64,000 bases of DNA from contig JAUPSS010000005.1 of the NCBI GenBank assembly GCA_040285825.1, positions 1,798,001 to 1,862,000 on the forward strand, written 5' to 3'. Both the position numbers and the translations under genes were made by a program. Positions 1 through 12,102 of the stretch are shown in pieces. The notes beneath the pieces are model-generated. The model ran no database searches. It saw only the letters and a program-made list of their open reading frames with translations, and was not told the origin of the DNA. The stretch comes from Eukaryota sp. TZLM1-RC (lineage: Eukaryota; Protista; Metamonada: BaSk clade). Each line of letters begins with the position of its first letter. Within the stretch, counting starts at the first letter, position 1.

Positions 1-14
1 ATTTTTAAAACTTC

Positions 15-960
15 TCAATCTGAAAATCTTTCGGAAAACTCATATAATGCATTTCTGCATCCACCTATAAAAGCACACGAAGTAAGAATTGAGGCTTTTG
101 TCCAACCTAAACCGCCATAGTGTGGACTAAGATAAGCATGATCAGGAATTTGGGACATTTTATATCGCAATAATTGTGAAAAAACTTTTGCACGTGATTC
201 ATTGAACTTCTGGGCAAAAGGCGTAAAGATGAGAGGATTTGTAGATAGAAATATATTATTAAAGTTGGAATTGAAACAAAGTCTTATAATTTTAAATTTG
301 ATATGCTTCTGTCTATCCAATTTCATTATTTGGTCAATTTTCCATGAAATTAAATTCAACTTATTAAATAATTTTTTGGTAACTTCATCATTATTTCCAA
401 AACAAACCCAAATGACGAATAGCATCAGTTGAATATAACTTCCCTTGAATTTCAATACCATCAACTATGGTTGAAACTGAAGCGTTTGAAAGTAGAACAC
501 ATTTAAGTAAGTTAATTCGAAGGCCAACATTGTTGAATAATTCTTTGAAACAAAAGTTACTTCTCTGACAATCGTTAAGTCACCTATAAGAACAACGTCA
601 TCCATATAAGCAATCATATTTAAAGAAGGAAGCATTTCTTGAATCTGTTATAAAATCGCATGAATGGCCAGACACAACAAAAGAGATCCTAAAGAATCTC
701 TTTGCTTTACACCACTTGATGATTTTAAAATAAAATTACCAAAATGCAGATCTGAATGGGTGCAATATGTTGTTTGAAAATATGGTAACAATTCTGGTAA
801 GTAATTCAACAAAGCACCATGAATATTGCACCGATGAATTGAATTAAAGGCATTGATAAAATCCCACAACCTGCAAACATTTGATCCATTTTAATGAAAG
901 AAAACATCTGTAGCAAAAACAGTTAAAGCAACTCCATCAGTGATGTAAAAACCATATTGG
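15..960 (-). pseudogene. Decayed RT fragment of a CRE-like (RLE-type) non-LTR retrotransposon
   Basis: Broken minus-strand frames give DFINAFNSI, GVKQRDSLG (degenerate QGDPLG), AYMDDVV (revcomp of ~592-612) and YGGLGW. These parallel the element at 14950-18323. Confidence 0.8.
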
Positions 961-1885
961 AATGGCAACAAAATTCTACTTGCTTTTTCTTTGAATTTGT
1001 TTCAGCAGCAAACAAAAAAATATTGTGCAAAGATTCAGAAACAACAATTGCACTATCATCCATTTTTAAAACTAAATCACTTGTGACTAATTTCAGAGTC
1101 AATTTTGGTCCAGATGAGTACGTGTGCCTCAGGTCAGAGAATTGGACTACAGTGCATAATATAATGTGAATAGGATAAAGTTGGTTTATTTTGCCCTTAT
1201 TTTATTTACGCACAAAGCCGTCAACATACCAGCAATCGCCTTGCTGAACAACAACAAACATTTAAACCAGAAAACACCAACACAATATGCCCTTTTCCTG
1301 AAGCATTCCGCCTTCAAAACAGTGGTTGGAGTAGTCCATCTAATTTCAACACTATGGCCAAGCAAAGTCTGAACAAAACCATACCAGTTTACAAGTTTTA
1401 TAGAGCGAAAAGGTTATTTAAGACACTAAAACAAATTCTTCAATTGAAATGTCGTGAATGGAAGAGTATACTGCATTCTATTTGAAAGACGTATATTCAA
1501 AAAATTCTCCCTTAATTCTATACTTTACTTATGACACCATTTTTGTGCTGTTACAGTTAATTATTTGGAACATCAAGCCACTTTTGACAATAAGTAAAAG
1601 ACATAGAAAATCTTGAAAAAAGACAGCCCTTCCTCATAGTCAAGATAGTCCAGAAATTGTCCACTTACGACTAAATTGGACTATAGCCAATTTTGATAGG
1701 ATCTCACTGAACATGCAAAATTCAGTTGATGACTATACGGTTAGTGAAGATTTGACACCATCAAACGGTTTTTGATCAAAATACAATTGAAATAAAACTA
1801 ACAATTGCGCTTCCTAGATTATTTTAAATTACACAATACATTTGAAAATACAGTAACAACACAATCTGCCACAATACAAAATATA

Positions 1886-3614
1886 TTAGTTGATGGTCAT
1901 GAAAATAAACATTTGGGAGTCCCCGGTTTCGACTATTCTTTTGAGTTCATTGGCATTGATATTAGAAGAGTTTTTAAAGGATGCCAATGTCGAATCACAC
2001 GTTACTCCACCGTCATGCCTAGCACAGTCTGCGTCGACCAACCTAAGTTCAGAGTCGAGGCTTGGACTAGCTTTCAGTGATAAAAAACCTTTTGAGTGGT
2101 TGGAAGCAGTGCCTAACGGTACTGTGAAATTTTCAATGTTTACCTTAGAGACCACTTCGTAAGCTTCAGTGAGGGAATTATAGAACGAATCTGAGCTTAA
2201 GTGAAAGAAGAAGGAGGAAAATTGATAAAGGCGTTTTCTTTGGAAGCGAAAGAAGAGCTGAAAGAACCTATGTTCTGGAAAAGATACCAAAATTTATCAT
2301 TATGCTTTTTTGTTAATGTAAATGTTGTTCCTTGAGAGTCTCTTGGATTGAATCAACTATAAAAGTGACAGAAATATCATTGGAGTCATTGCAGTCGGTT
2401 ACAGGGTCGATGAATTGGCTGAAGCCTCGGCGACTGATGTGCTTCTTTGGTAACTAAAGGCTGATAACGGTCTTGGCTGCGACAAGACTTTCGACTAGCT
2501 TTGTAGCCTGATTTAGAACAATCTTTATTCAAGTCGCTGCGTTTCTTACAGTAGAAACAGATAAGAGGAGAGTTTTGACAATGAGTTGAATAATCAAATT
2601 TTTGAGAACGAGTTGAAGCCAAAGACAGAACAGAAACCAGTGTTACGGGATTGTTCTGTAAGTAGAAGAGTTACAGGAAGGGCGAGAATCTCTGGGAGGC
2701 GGTTGAGTAACATCGCGGCTGACATAATATTCTGAAAACGGAATGTGGTAAGCGGTAAGCAGTATGCAGAAACGAAAAAAAGAGTAGGGAAGCTATAAAT
2801 CGTGCCAACTTCTATATTGATGTTAATTACAAGCCTGAGCTTGTGAGGGTGGACACCGTTAGCGAAAAACCTTATTCTTGAAACTTCAGAAAGTGTAGTT
2901 GGACAGAGACGAAGTGGCTTCAGGAACTGAAAGATATATGCTGCGATAGCATCATCAACAGTTGCGGCAGAGAAACTGGTACGGAGAGATTAAAAACAAT
3001 GAAAGCCACTAGCTGAATCTTCAACTGGCAAAGACAAAAATCACAATCGACGGCTTCATGACTTTTCGGATTTATTGGGGAAAATCTAGAAGTTTTCAAA
3101 ATACATAAAATAGAATGGCTTGATAAAGTTGGTCTTTTGCAGCACGAAGGACGCTAATCTGGGAGGGGAGACGGATTTTGCAGAAACTCTAATTGTAGCA
3201 CGGGAAACTTGCAGAGCTCGAAAGAAAACGGGAGTGGAACCATTTGCTGAAATAGGTTCAGTTTCGCTATCAAAAATGACTTCAGGCTGACTAACTGCGA
3301 AGGAGCCAAGGAATAATGTAAATCTAAGGTTTTTTATTTCCTTAGAGAGAGCAGCAAAGGTTTTAGTCCGTGCAGGACCGGAAGAAAGCTCTACATTGTC
3401 GTTGGCACATGAGGACTGGGAATAAGTGGACGGAGGGTATTATCTTATCTGACATGACATGAGCTGACATACAGAGCGCGTAAACTTTTCGAGCTTCCAC
3501 ATTGACGGAGACAGCTTTTCGAACTGTATGGTTGAAAAATAGTGCTACTAAATGGTTCGCCGAGTTAGGGACAGGATACAGGGCGGATTGCTGATGTTGT
3601 GTAGTTAAATACAA
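1886..3614 (-). mobile_element. Possible LTR retrotransposon gag/protease remnant
   Basis: Degenerate zinc knuckle CFYCKKRSDLNKDC in ORF 2386-2622, followed by a possible eroded aspartic-protease motif (PLGTASN) in ORF 1886-2290. Many stops; no LTRs found. Confidence 0.35.
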
Positions 3615-4439
3615 TTAACAACATAGCAGAAAAATGTTTTTTGGATTTCTTTTGTACCTGTTGAAGCCATTGCAAAAACAAAAATAGTAGAATACAACAA
3701 AGATTGTCAGAAGTACATTACTGAACCCAGTCACTTTTGAAATACAAAAGCTGAAATGAAACCAATAATGTTAATAACCACAACTGAAAATCTCAACCAC
3801 AACAATTTTTGAATATTGATGCAACAACGTTCAATTTAAAGCAAAATCTTTGTGAAAATCGCCTCAACAACAATTTTCTGTGTTCCCTTTTTGTTCTTGA
3901 ATTCTTTTAATAACAAAGATGAATACCTTATGGATCATTTCAACCAATGAATTGTGGAAAATCTACTAGATGTTATTAAGTGTAGTTGAAAATAACAGAA
4001 ATTTACTGGAACCATATAAGAGCAAAAACTTTCGACGATAGCATGTATAATACAGAGGAGGTAAACAAAAAGAGTAACCCAAAGTTGGTATTGGATTCTA
4101 CACTATATAAAGAACATATCGTTGAAAGATGAAAACATCTACTGTACCCAGCTCTTGTATGATTTCAGGAAGGGTATGGACGAAACTGAAGTGTTGTGTT
4201 GAGTATGTTAGAACTAACACATTGACTAGCGGCTTAGCGAATTCCTTATATCAATGAAAAATTTAGAATAGAGCGAATGGTAGAGGTTTTATAACAAGTG
4301 GAGGACGTAGCTCATTCTGAACCAGAAGTATTAAACATATGAGAAAACAAAAGAAGCAAACACTACAATTTAGTGGGGATGACAAACCAACTTTCACCTT
4401 GTTTCAAATCTTCACAATTGTTCTTTTTATTGTCAGATA

Positions 4440-5044
4440 ATGAGTGAACGTGAAGCATCCGGATCTCCTAGCCAGCGTAGTCCCTCCGACGATGAGTCAA
4501 CTTCCCCTTCCGGTACTGCGCAAAGAAAATCTTTAGCTCAACTCACTGAGCCAGCGAAGAAAACAAAAGCTTCCAAGACCCTCCCAAAGTCTGTCAAAGG
4601 AACTCCTCAAAAAACGATGCCTGCACGTGGAGCCAAAAGTGTAAAGGGCAAAGGAAAAGCTCCTGTGTCAAAGCGTCCAGCTCCCGCGAAGAAACCCGGT
4701 AAAACTGCTGAGAGAAAAAAGTACAGGCACCGTCCAGGTACAGTAGCTTTAAAAGAAATCAGGAAGTATCAAAAGTCTTGTGAACTTCTGCTTCGTAAAC
4801 TGCCATTCCAACGTGTTGTTAGGGAAATAGCCCGAGAACACGGTGCTGATCAGATGCGATTTCGTATGTGTTAATTCTTAATTATTGATCTTCAGAAAGT
4901 GTGGCTCTAGAAGCCCTACAAGAAGCAACTGAAACATATCTTGTTGGTCTCTTTGAAGACGCTAACCTGTGTACACTCCATGGGAAGCGCGTTACTCTTA
5001 TGCCAAAAGATCTAAATCTAGCTCTGCGACTCCGTGGACTTTAG
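4440..5044 (+). CDS. Histone H3 variant with long divergent N-terminal tail (CenH3/CENP-A candidate), 190 aa, 2 exons (4440-4863, 4896-5044)
   Basis: Exon 1 ends [46 protein letters not shown]. Splicing restores [55 protein letters not shown] at 5081-5086. Confidence 0.92.
4864..4895 (+). other. 32-nt spliceosomal intron
   Basis: GTATGT...TTCAG; its removal restores the histone-fold reading frame. Confidence 0.9.
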
Positions 5045-6889
5045 CTGCTCACCTGTACTTTTTAACTCAATTCAAGATATAATAAAGATGTGTTCTTTAG
5101 ATTCTGTCATGACTCAGTCATTTTATTGATACTCTTTTACCAGCTGCTCTTCTGTTTGTGTTGATCTTGTTCTAAGATACCTGTTAACTTAACAACAAGT
5201 GAGTTGTTCATTCGTTCAAGGTAAAGATAAACTGTTTTCAAAAACACTTGTATTCACTTTTGATTGGAAATAGAGGCAATTTGGTGAAATCTGCAAAACG
5301 AACAATATCAACGATTTCAATTGAGAAAATATATGACAAACCCACCTAATTACACTTCTGGATGTAATTAGTTTCAATACAGAATTAGTCTCAGTGAGAA
5401 TAATCATGTACAGCAGTGTATAAGATTGAATTGTCTGATTGACAGACAACAAAAGTCCTGGAATATCCGTTCTTTAGCAAAAATTTTGTCATTTGCGAAC
5501 CAAAAAAACATAACTAAATTGTTGAATTCTGTTGCTGTTTGCTTTTCAGTCTTAGCTACTGCCTCCAAAAGTGCTAGCTCTCCATCACAATTATTTCCCA
5601 TTATTTTTCACCCAATGTTGTTGTGAAAATCATGAAAAAACGTACTCAATACATTTTGTTGTTGTAAGTTTAATGCATCTTTTGAAAATAATGTTGTCCG
5701 AAAACATAAAATGCATCTCTTCCATGTTCACAACACTCACCAATAAATTCAACCTGATGCAAGTCGTTTAATGATCTTTCCATGCCCTCGCAAATTTTTT
5801 CATCTGTGGAGAAACACTTTTCCTAAGTGATATTACAAAAGCCCATGGTTTTTGAGATTTCGAAAGCAACATTAGCTTGCTTAAATTTTAATGCATTTGT
5901 GGTTTTTTGTCTCCTTGGATGCGTTTTCTTACCAAATGTTTCATGTGTTATTTGCCTTTCAACATTTAGCTCATACGGTGTGACTTTAGACTCTCAATGG
6001 ATACAGCATCTTTTCAACATGTCACCAGAATTAGTCCAATTTGATTGTCAAATTAATTAACTACAAAGCTCCACCCATCATATACACACAGTTTTGGCTG
6101 CTTTAAAACCTGGGTTCACTTCCTTCAGGCCCTCCATAAATATCTGAATTAAAGCTTCCTCATTGGCTTTCTTTTCCGCGAGTTTATATTCAGCCTTGAA
6201 AATATTATGAGCATAAACTTTGGCGTAAGATGATGTAAGTACTCCTTCGCCTTTGATTAGGGACCGTGATTCTCGCAGGGTTTTCAGTCCAATGTTAGAT
6301 CTTATCTGAGAACTCAAACTCAAATGAACCGGGGTGTATAAACCTATTCTGTTTGTCAGCGGTTTGTTTAAAGTCAGTATCAAGTAGATTCTTTAAATCC
6401 GTCAATATTTGTATATGATTATCAGACAAGAAGAACAACAACAATTCGGAAGTATTGTTAATAATACGCTGACCACCTTTGATACCGTAATAAGAAATAG
6501 TAATAGGACATTGCTGGTCATACTTCGGTGACGCATCAAAAGGAAAACATCGAAAATGAGGAAAAATGGGAATTCATTGGCAATATCAATTTGGAGTGCT
6601 CCACACAGACCACACGTCACGTAATAAACCTCAATTACCATTATTATTCTGTTGCTGTAATTTTTTAGACATATTCACATCATCTCTTGACATCTTTTTT
6701 TATCTTCACGTCTGCCCCTCTTTCTTTTCCACAATTTGTGAATACACAGTCCATTATTGTTTTGTCGAATAACAAATCTGTTTTGATGTTACTAACTTGA
6801 AACAATTGTATTTAGCATTTGTTTAAATCTGCCAAATCTAAGGCCGAAAAGAACTTGGCGTTGACTAAACATCACACACATGGCAACGG

Positions 6890-7370
6890 CGCTTCAATGA
6901 AAATGTTGTGTTCGGCTGCATTTGCAATTAACTAAGTGAACAATGAGGAGTTTAGGGATTTTGAAAAAATATTTGTCATGGCAACTATAAATTACCCTCT
7001 GATACATATTGTAAATCAGCTGTATTGGATTCAGTAGTGGAAGAAATTGAAACACAACTGTTACCAAAGATACATCAACAATCTGGTCTTGCATTGGTAA
7101 TTGATGGATGGACCGATGACACTACACAAAATCACCTGATAAACCTTGCAATTCAAAGTGATGACGGGCCATAGTTTGTCAAAAATGGATTGATAACTTA
7201 GAAGATGATTCATATATTTATTCTTCAACATTCGTTGATATAGCAATTTCACGTGTGCGAGATCTAGTGTACAAAAAGTGTACAAATGTTGACAGAGAGT
7301 CAACAACATCAGAAGAAGGTCCCTTCCAGATTTTTGATAGCTTAAGTATTGAAGAATTGAAAACAAACGT
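6890..7370 (+). mobile_element. hAT-type transposase remnant
   Basis: 7082-7153 translates SGLALVIDGWTDDTTQNHLINLAI, the hAT first catalytic DGWTD motif. Flanking frames are broken and the boundaries are approximate. Confidence 0.55.
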
Positions 7371-7774
7371 GGTGAATAGATAAGATAGTGAATCTGATCA
7401 TTTCAGATACGATTTCGATTTGAGTCGAGCCCAGTCACCTTTTTATCAAATGAGTGAATTTGAATTAGTAAACTTGTGATATAAAACTTCTTCCTATTTC
7501 TTTCTTCTATTACATGCCATGAATACGTAGTTGATCATTAGGAAATCAAGCACCTGTCTCTAACATATATCCTCCATCTCAAGAAGAGACTAAAAACTTT
7601 TGACAAAATACAGTCTATATCGAAAGTGTAGTGTAGAAGGTCATATTCGTAAAGATTGAACATCCTGGATTTGTAATAAAGACGCTGTTTTTTCACAACT
7701 TATATCTCAACTGTTATCCATTCTGTTATCAATGTCCAATAATCCTGTGTTTGACGTAGATCAACTCCAACAGC

Positions 7775-8016
7775 CTCGATAATTCTTGGGATGCTAAGAA
7801 AAATTGAAAAGGTATAGCCAGCACAATCAGAGGTATTGGGCTAAAGAAGAATTCTAAAAAGAGCTGGTATAAAAGTATACTTGGTTGACGACTACCGTAT
7901 CAATAAAAGATGTGCTGCTTGTGTTGAGGATCATCGCAAAAACGATATCAAACGTGATGTAAAGATCAAAGATCGCAATGCCAGGAAATTCAAACGTAAG
8001 AATGATTTCTGTGGTT
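7775..8016 (+). pseudogene. Fanzor remnant (RuvC-II region and first CxxC)
   Basis: Frameshifted RGIGL/RRILKRAGIKVYLVDDYRINKRCAAC matches the Fanzor G.G.R..L.R.G..V.LVDE..TS..C..C block seen in the other copies here. Confidence 0.7.
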
Positions 8017-8839
8017 GATTTTCATGTTGAATACTGTGCTTTGCATCCCAGGTCCTTAATTTTCATTTCACTCACACCTAAATCAATGACATCTAAAAAG
8101 CTTCTTTCGTCTCCCCAGACACCCGTAGTGTTCCCCAAAGCACCCAAATTGTCTCCAAAAAGTCTTCCTAAAACGCTATCACTGGAAAAGTTCGATGGTG
8201 CAACCTCAGCTGTCGTAGATGTTACTTATGCGCCCCATTCCAACGCTCGGAAACGGACCTTCAACGAGCAATTCTCTATGTTCTACTCTTTGCCCGACGA
8301 AGTTGAACTTCATCTTTTGAAGGAACTACTTATTCAACGATTTAAGCAGTATTGTATTGAGAACAATAAAGTCTTACACGAAAAATCTGTTCCAACGTTT
8401 CACTTTATGAGTGGGACTAATAAGAAAATTTTGCGTTGATGTCAAACTCTTTAACAGAAAGTTTGCAGCACCGAAGGCTGAATAAGCGGTTATTGCAATC
8501 AAATTTACTGTTGAAATTGTTGTTTGGTGAACTCAAATCAGTTGACCAACTTCGGTTTGGGTTCGACCAAGAAAAATTTGAAAATAAGCACCCGAGTTGC
8601 AAATCACTAGACAATACTCCCAAACATTCCCAATTTCAGCTTTCCCCCAAAAATTCTCCAAACAATATACCATTGATTTTTTGCATACTATCTGAATTCA
8701 AAATGGCTTTATAACTTAATTTGCATTGTTCAAAAGACATGATAATTTTTTTCCGTAAGCGTTTTCACCAACGATAGGTTCCTTGTTGAAAAACTGGTCA
8801 TAATTAATTTACCAAAGGTATTTGTATATTTGTACCACT

Positions 8840-9050
8840 TGTTCTGAAGGATAGTATTGGATAAGGAATAATTCAGATTTTCCAGGGCCCAGATTAGCAC
8901 TTGTACTACAGGAATGTGACAAATGTCCAATTGTATTCATTGCAGTTCGCAAGGTGGGTCTCAATTATTCCATATCATCACCATATGTGTCCGAATCGAA
9001 TCCAGTAGAAGCCTTTTATGGAGCGTTACAACAACGTGTTAGAAGTTTTT
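8840..9050 (+). mobile_element. IS630/Tc1-mariner DDE transposase remnant
   Basis: IVLDK (~8851) and SSPYVSESNPVEAFYGALQQRVR (~8975-9043) resemble the VLDN and PPYSPELNPIE..W..LK motifs. Confidence 0.55.
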
Positions 9051-9843
9051 TAGCAGCGCCTGCGACTCAAATAATACTATATGCTGTAAGAAATCTACGA
9101 TAAGGTGATTGATTATTTACTGTTTCAGCACGCGGGATGGATTGACGGTCAGTTCTACCATTCACTATATCTAAATAATTCCAAATTGGTGGATTGTGTT
9201 GAAATGGACACAGAAAACGCTATTTAAATTATTTTCATGTGTGTTATTGTTAATATTATTTTATTTAGTGAATTTATTCGTATTTAAACTAGTACAAACA
9301 ATCAAGACATCCAAATATATTAGATACACACCACATCAATATAATTATATGACTTCCTCTTGTAAAGTTGATGTGTTCATTTACATGACAAGTTTATTCA
9401 TCATAAGAGAAATAGTTTAAACGAAGATACGGAGTGATACTGTTCTTTATCCATTTTAGGACGAATAAATTGCTACTGGCAGGAAAGTTTATTTTTGAAA
9501 TAGTCTCATCAGTACCATGGTCTCTCGTTTATTCTATAAAGTTCACACTTCTTCACAACAAGGTATGAGTACGACCCAACCATCATGTTGAACAAAAACA
9601 AAGCAAAGAGGTTGTTGGCCTTAAGTGCAATCATCTTCATTGAGATCAGAGTCAACGTAAAGTACTGTGAAAAAGTTACATTAGCTTTGGAAGATTGATG
9701 GGGGAATAGAGTTGGAAATTCAGCTTAAGTAAAATTCACAGTTGTGAGTGGCTAAAAAACAGGATTATGAAGCTGATTTTATTCAAAATGTTAAAAACAA
9801 AATTCAAAAACTTTAACAAAATTGGAATATAGAAAGGGACAAT

Positions 9844-10000
9844 GTCAAACTAGTCCCATGCCATGGACTGCTACACTGTCAAAACAGTGAATGAGGGGTC
9901 TATTGCGATAGGAAATTTAACATTGCTCTGAACATGTACAGGATTACGTACTCTCAAATTCATGATAATTGTAGACCAATTGTACTGCAACGATCAGTGA
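9844..10000 (+). pseudogene. Fanzor C-terminal remnant (second CxxC and RuvC-III)
   Basis: Translates VKLVPCHGLLHCQNSE*GVYCDRKFNIALNMYRITYSQIHDNCRPIVLQRS, an eroded HGLL.C..C...WNRD.N.ALNM...RP..L.R. Confidence 0.7.
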
Positions 10001-10037
10001 TTGTGGAAATAAATGTTCAAAGTACTAGAATATTTGC

Positions 10038-10160
10038 GCTAAATTATCTAATTGGTTTAGCACCTCAGAAAGATTAAGCAGTAGAGTTGGCAATGTGGAA
10101 TAAATTTGCACATTTTCCATTGCGGCATTTATTCAAAAGTGCAAATAAAGGTTTATTCCA
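10038..10160 (+). ncRNA. Candidate Fanzor omegaRNA scaffold remnant
   Basis: Directly 3' of the Fanzor C-terminus. Hairpin GCTAAATTA/TGGTTTAGC (10038-10061) and nested stems TGGAATAAAT/GTTTATTCCA and TTGCAC/GTGCAA (10096-10160). Confidence 0.3.
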
Positions 10161-11003
10161 GGAACAGACACATTTTAAAACTAAACAGCAAACCTTAACT
10201 AAGCTATTACCTACACAAGCCCTATCAATTGAATGACGGGTCATTTTCACTATTTACTTGGATACCAACTCGCTTGTTTTGAAACTCGGTAATGTTATTC
10301 AAAATGGAGTTACTATAACGAGGAAGAGCTTTCAATAACGAAAATACAATTCTGTTTTTCCAAATCAAAAATCGAATGCACGACCACTTTCTTTGAAAAG
10401 ATTTTCTAAGTCATGTACAGAATTTAAACTTTCAGTTCCAATGGAATCAAAAATAAAAATAGCAATTGTGCCAAATTTTGATGTTTCTGCTTCTTGCTCC
10501 ATTAAGATGTTGCAGAAGGGCTTCGTATTTTGATTTCTTGGAAAGCTCTGCAACTTTGTGTAAATGTCGAATATCATAATTAAACTTCTTTTCTATGGAG
10601 ACACGGTAGTACAATCGATAATTGATTCAGTTCCATCATACTAAGCACATTGAATATCACTTCGTTTTTGGCTCAACCAGAAATTTAATTCATCAAACAG
10701 AAGTTCTAAGCGAACTGGATGATAAGCAATTTTGCCAGATCATAAATACAATCACGAACTGCGTTGTGGGTAATTGATCTTTTTTGAGTAAATTTACAGC
10801 AAAAAATAAAATGATTAAAAGAAGGGGGATTGACAAAACAGGTCCATCTGAATTCTTCATTTTGCAAAATTGGGTCCATCCACAAATGCTTTTGCAGAAT
10901 TGGGCCCTGTTTTCACTCTCATTGGACCTATCTTGTTAAGTACATTGCCATTGTCTCATTGCTTTCTGTTAAATAAACATCGTCACTTTTGTCAGTTATT
11001 TTG

Positions 11004-11290
11004 CTATTCACTATCACAACAATCGAACTCTCCCTTGAGTATAACATCAAGCTCCTTTTCTTCTAGCCGTTGTCTCTTCACAGTCTTTTTTGATTGTCTA
11101 CGGAATCGTTTCTTCCTTCTTCTACCAACTCTCTTTGTATAAACAGGAGGAACAACTGTTTCCACTAAAGTCCGCCATCTTTTTTGCAAAAGTCATTTGT
11201 AAGTACTTCATGGGTGGGAAGGTTCTATTGGAGAAGGTCCTATTTTTGCAAATTCATGATACCAAGTGGTCCTTTTGTGTAACTTTTTCT
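11004..11290 (-). mobile_element. Possible Mutator/MULE transposase C-terminal remnant
   Basis: VVPPVYTKRVGRRRKKRFRRQS resembles the PP...GRP.K.R motif that follows MULE SWIM fingers. No other support. Confidence 0.3.
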
Positions 11291-11316
11291 TAAAAGAGCC
11301 ATAAGCACCACATTTA

Positions 11317-11618
11317 CACTTCATATCTTTTTTTGTATTATTAATTATAAATGGAAGATTATCAGTTGAAGCAGAAACTTTTTTGAATGACTTCCAAAAA
11401 ATGATGCAAGAAAAAACAATGAAAAGATTTGATATTTTTTTGTGGCGTTCACGGATTTAATTTGCCATTATTAATAGATTACCACGGTTTTTCAATCGAA
11501 TAAGAGAAGCTTTAGCTAGACAGCAAGCAGATCAAGATTTTGTAGATGAAATCTTGGTTCAATGATAGTCATCCCATTAGTTATGAGTTAATTTAATTAA
11601 GTGTGCAAATTCAATAAA
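11317..11618 (+). mobile_element. 3' end of a CRE-like non-LTR element (RLE C-terminus and 3' UTR)
   Basis: Reads FFVLLIINGRLSVEAETFLNDFQKMMQEKTMKRFDIFLWRSRI*FAIINRLPRFFNRIREALARQQADQDFVDEILVQ* and ends in AATAAA. Similar to the C-terminus in ORF 14981-15223. Confidence 0.7.
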
Positions 11619-11881
11619 CAAAAATTAATTATATCAAAAAAATATAAATCAACATCTAAATAATCCATCTCTCCCAAAACAAAAACACTAGATGCAACTC
11701 TCTTATAGTGAGATTTAAAAGAAAGCAAAGCAACAGAAACCATCTTCAACATCCCCTTAAAGATAGAAAACACAATTCTATTTTGCCCAAAAAATCTGTT
11801 GAAGTTTCTGTTAATTCTTCTCTTTACAATCATTTCAAAATCTGCCAAAAAAACGTATAGCCGTTGGGGCAAGTGAACCAA
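11619..11881 (-). mobile_element. 5'-truncated 3' end of a CRE-like non-LTR element
   Basis: RNFNRFFGQNRIVFSIFKGMLKMVS here versus RIFNRVYWQNRIVFSIFKGMVKLIS in ORF 14981-15223. Confidence 0.8.
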
Positions 11882-12102
11882 ATCAATTTATATCTGATAA
11901 ACATTGAGGAGGAGGGAGATAGAGTCTGATTCGCATGACTGTCAAAAATTGAATCTCTGAGTGCAATAGTCTAAAACAGCGAGGAATTTGAGTAATCGAA
12001 CAAGATGAACTATTTTGGAAAAAATAGTGGAAATAGAAATGAAATCATATGGGAAATTACCACAAATACACGATCGACTTTCGTGTGGAATAATTACAAA
12101 AA

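Noticed and set aside
5216-6772. Short ORFs, including a DGELALLEAV MULE-like motif
   Set aside because: Too eroded to assign from one weak motif.
7978-8714. 153-aa and 92-aa ORFs
   Set aside because: No recognisable motifs, and embedded in transposon debris.
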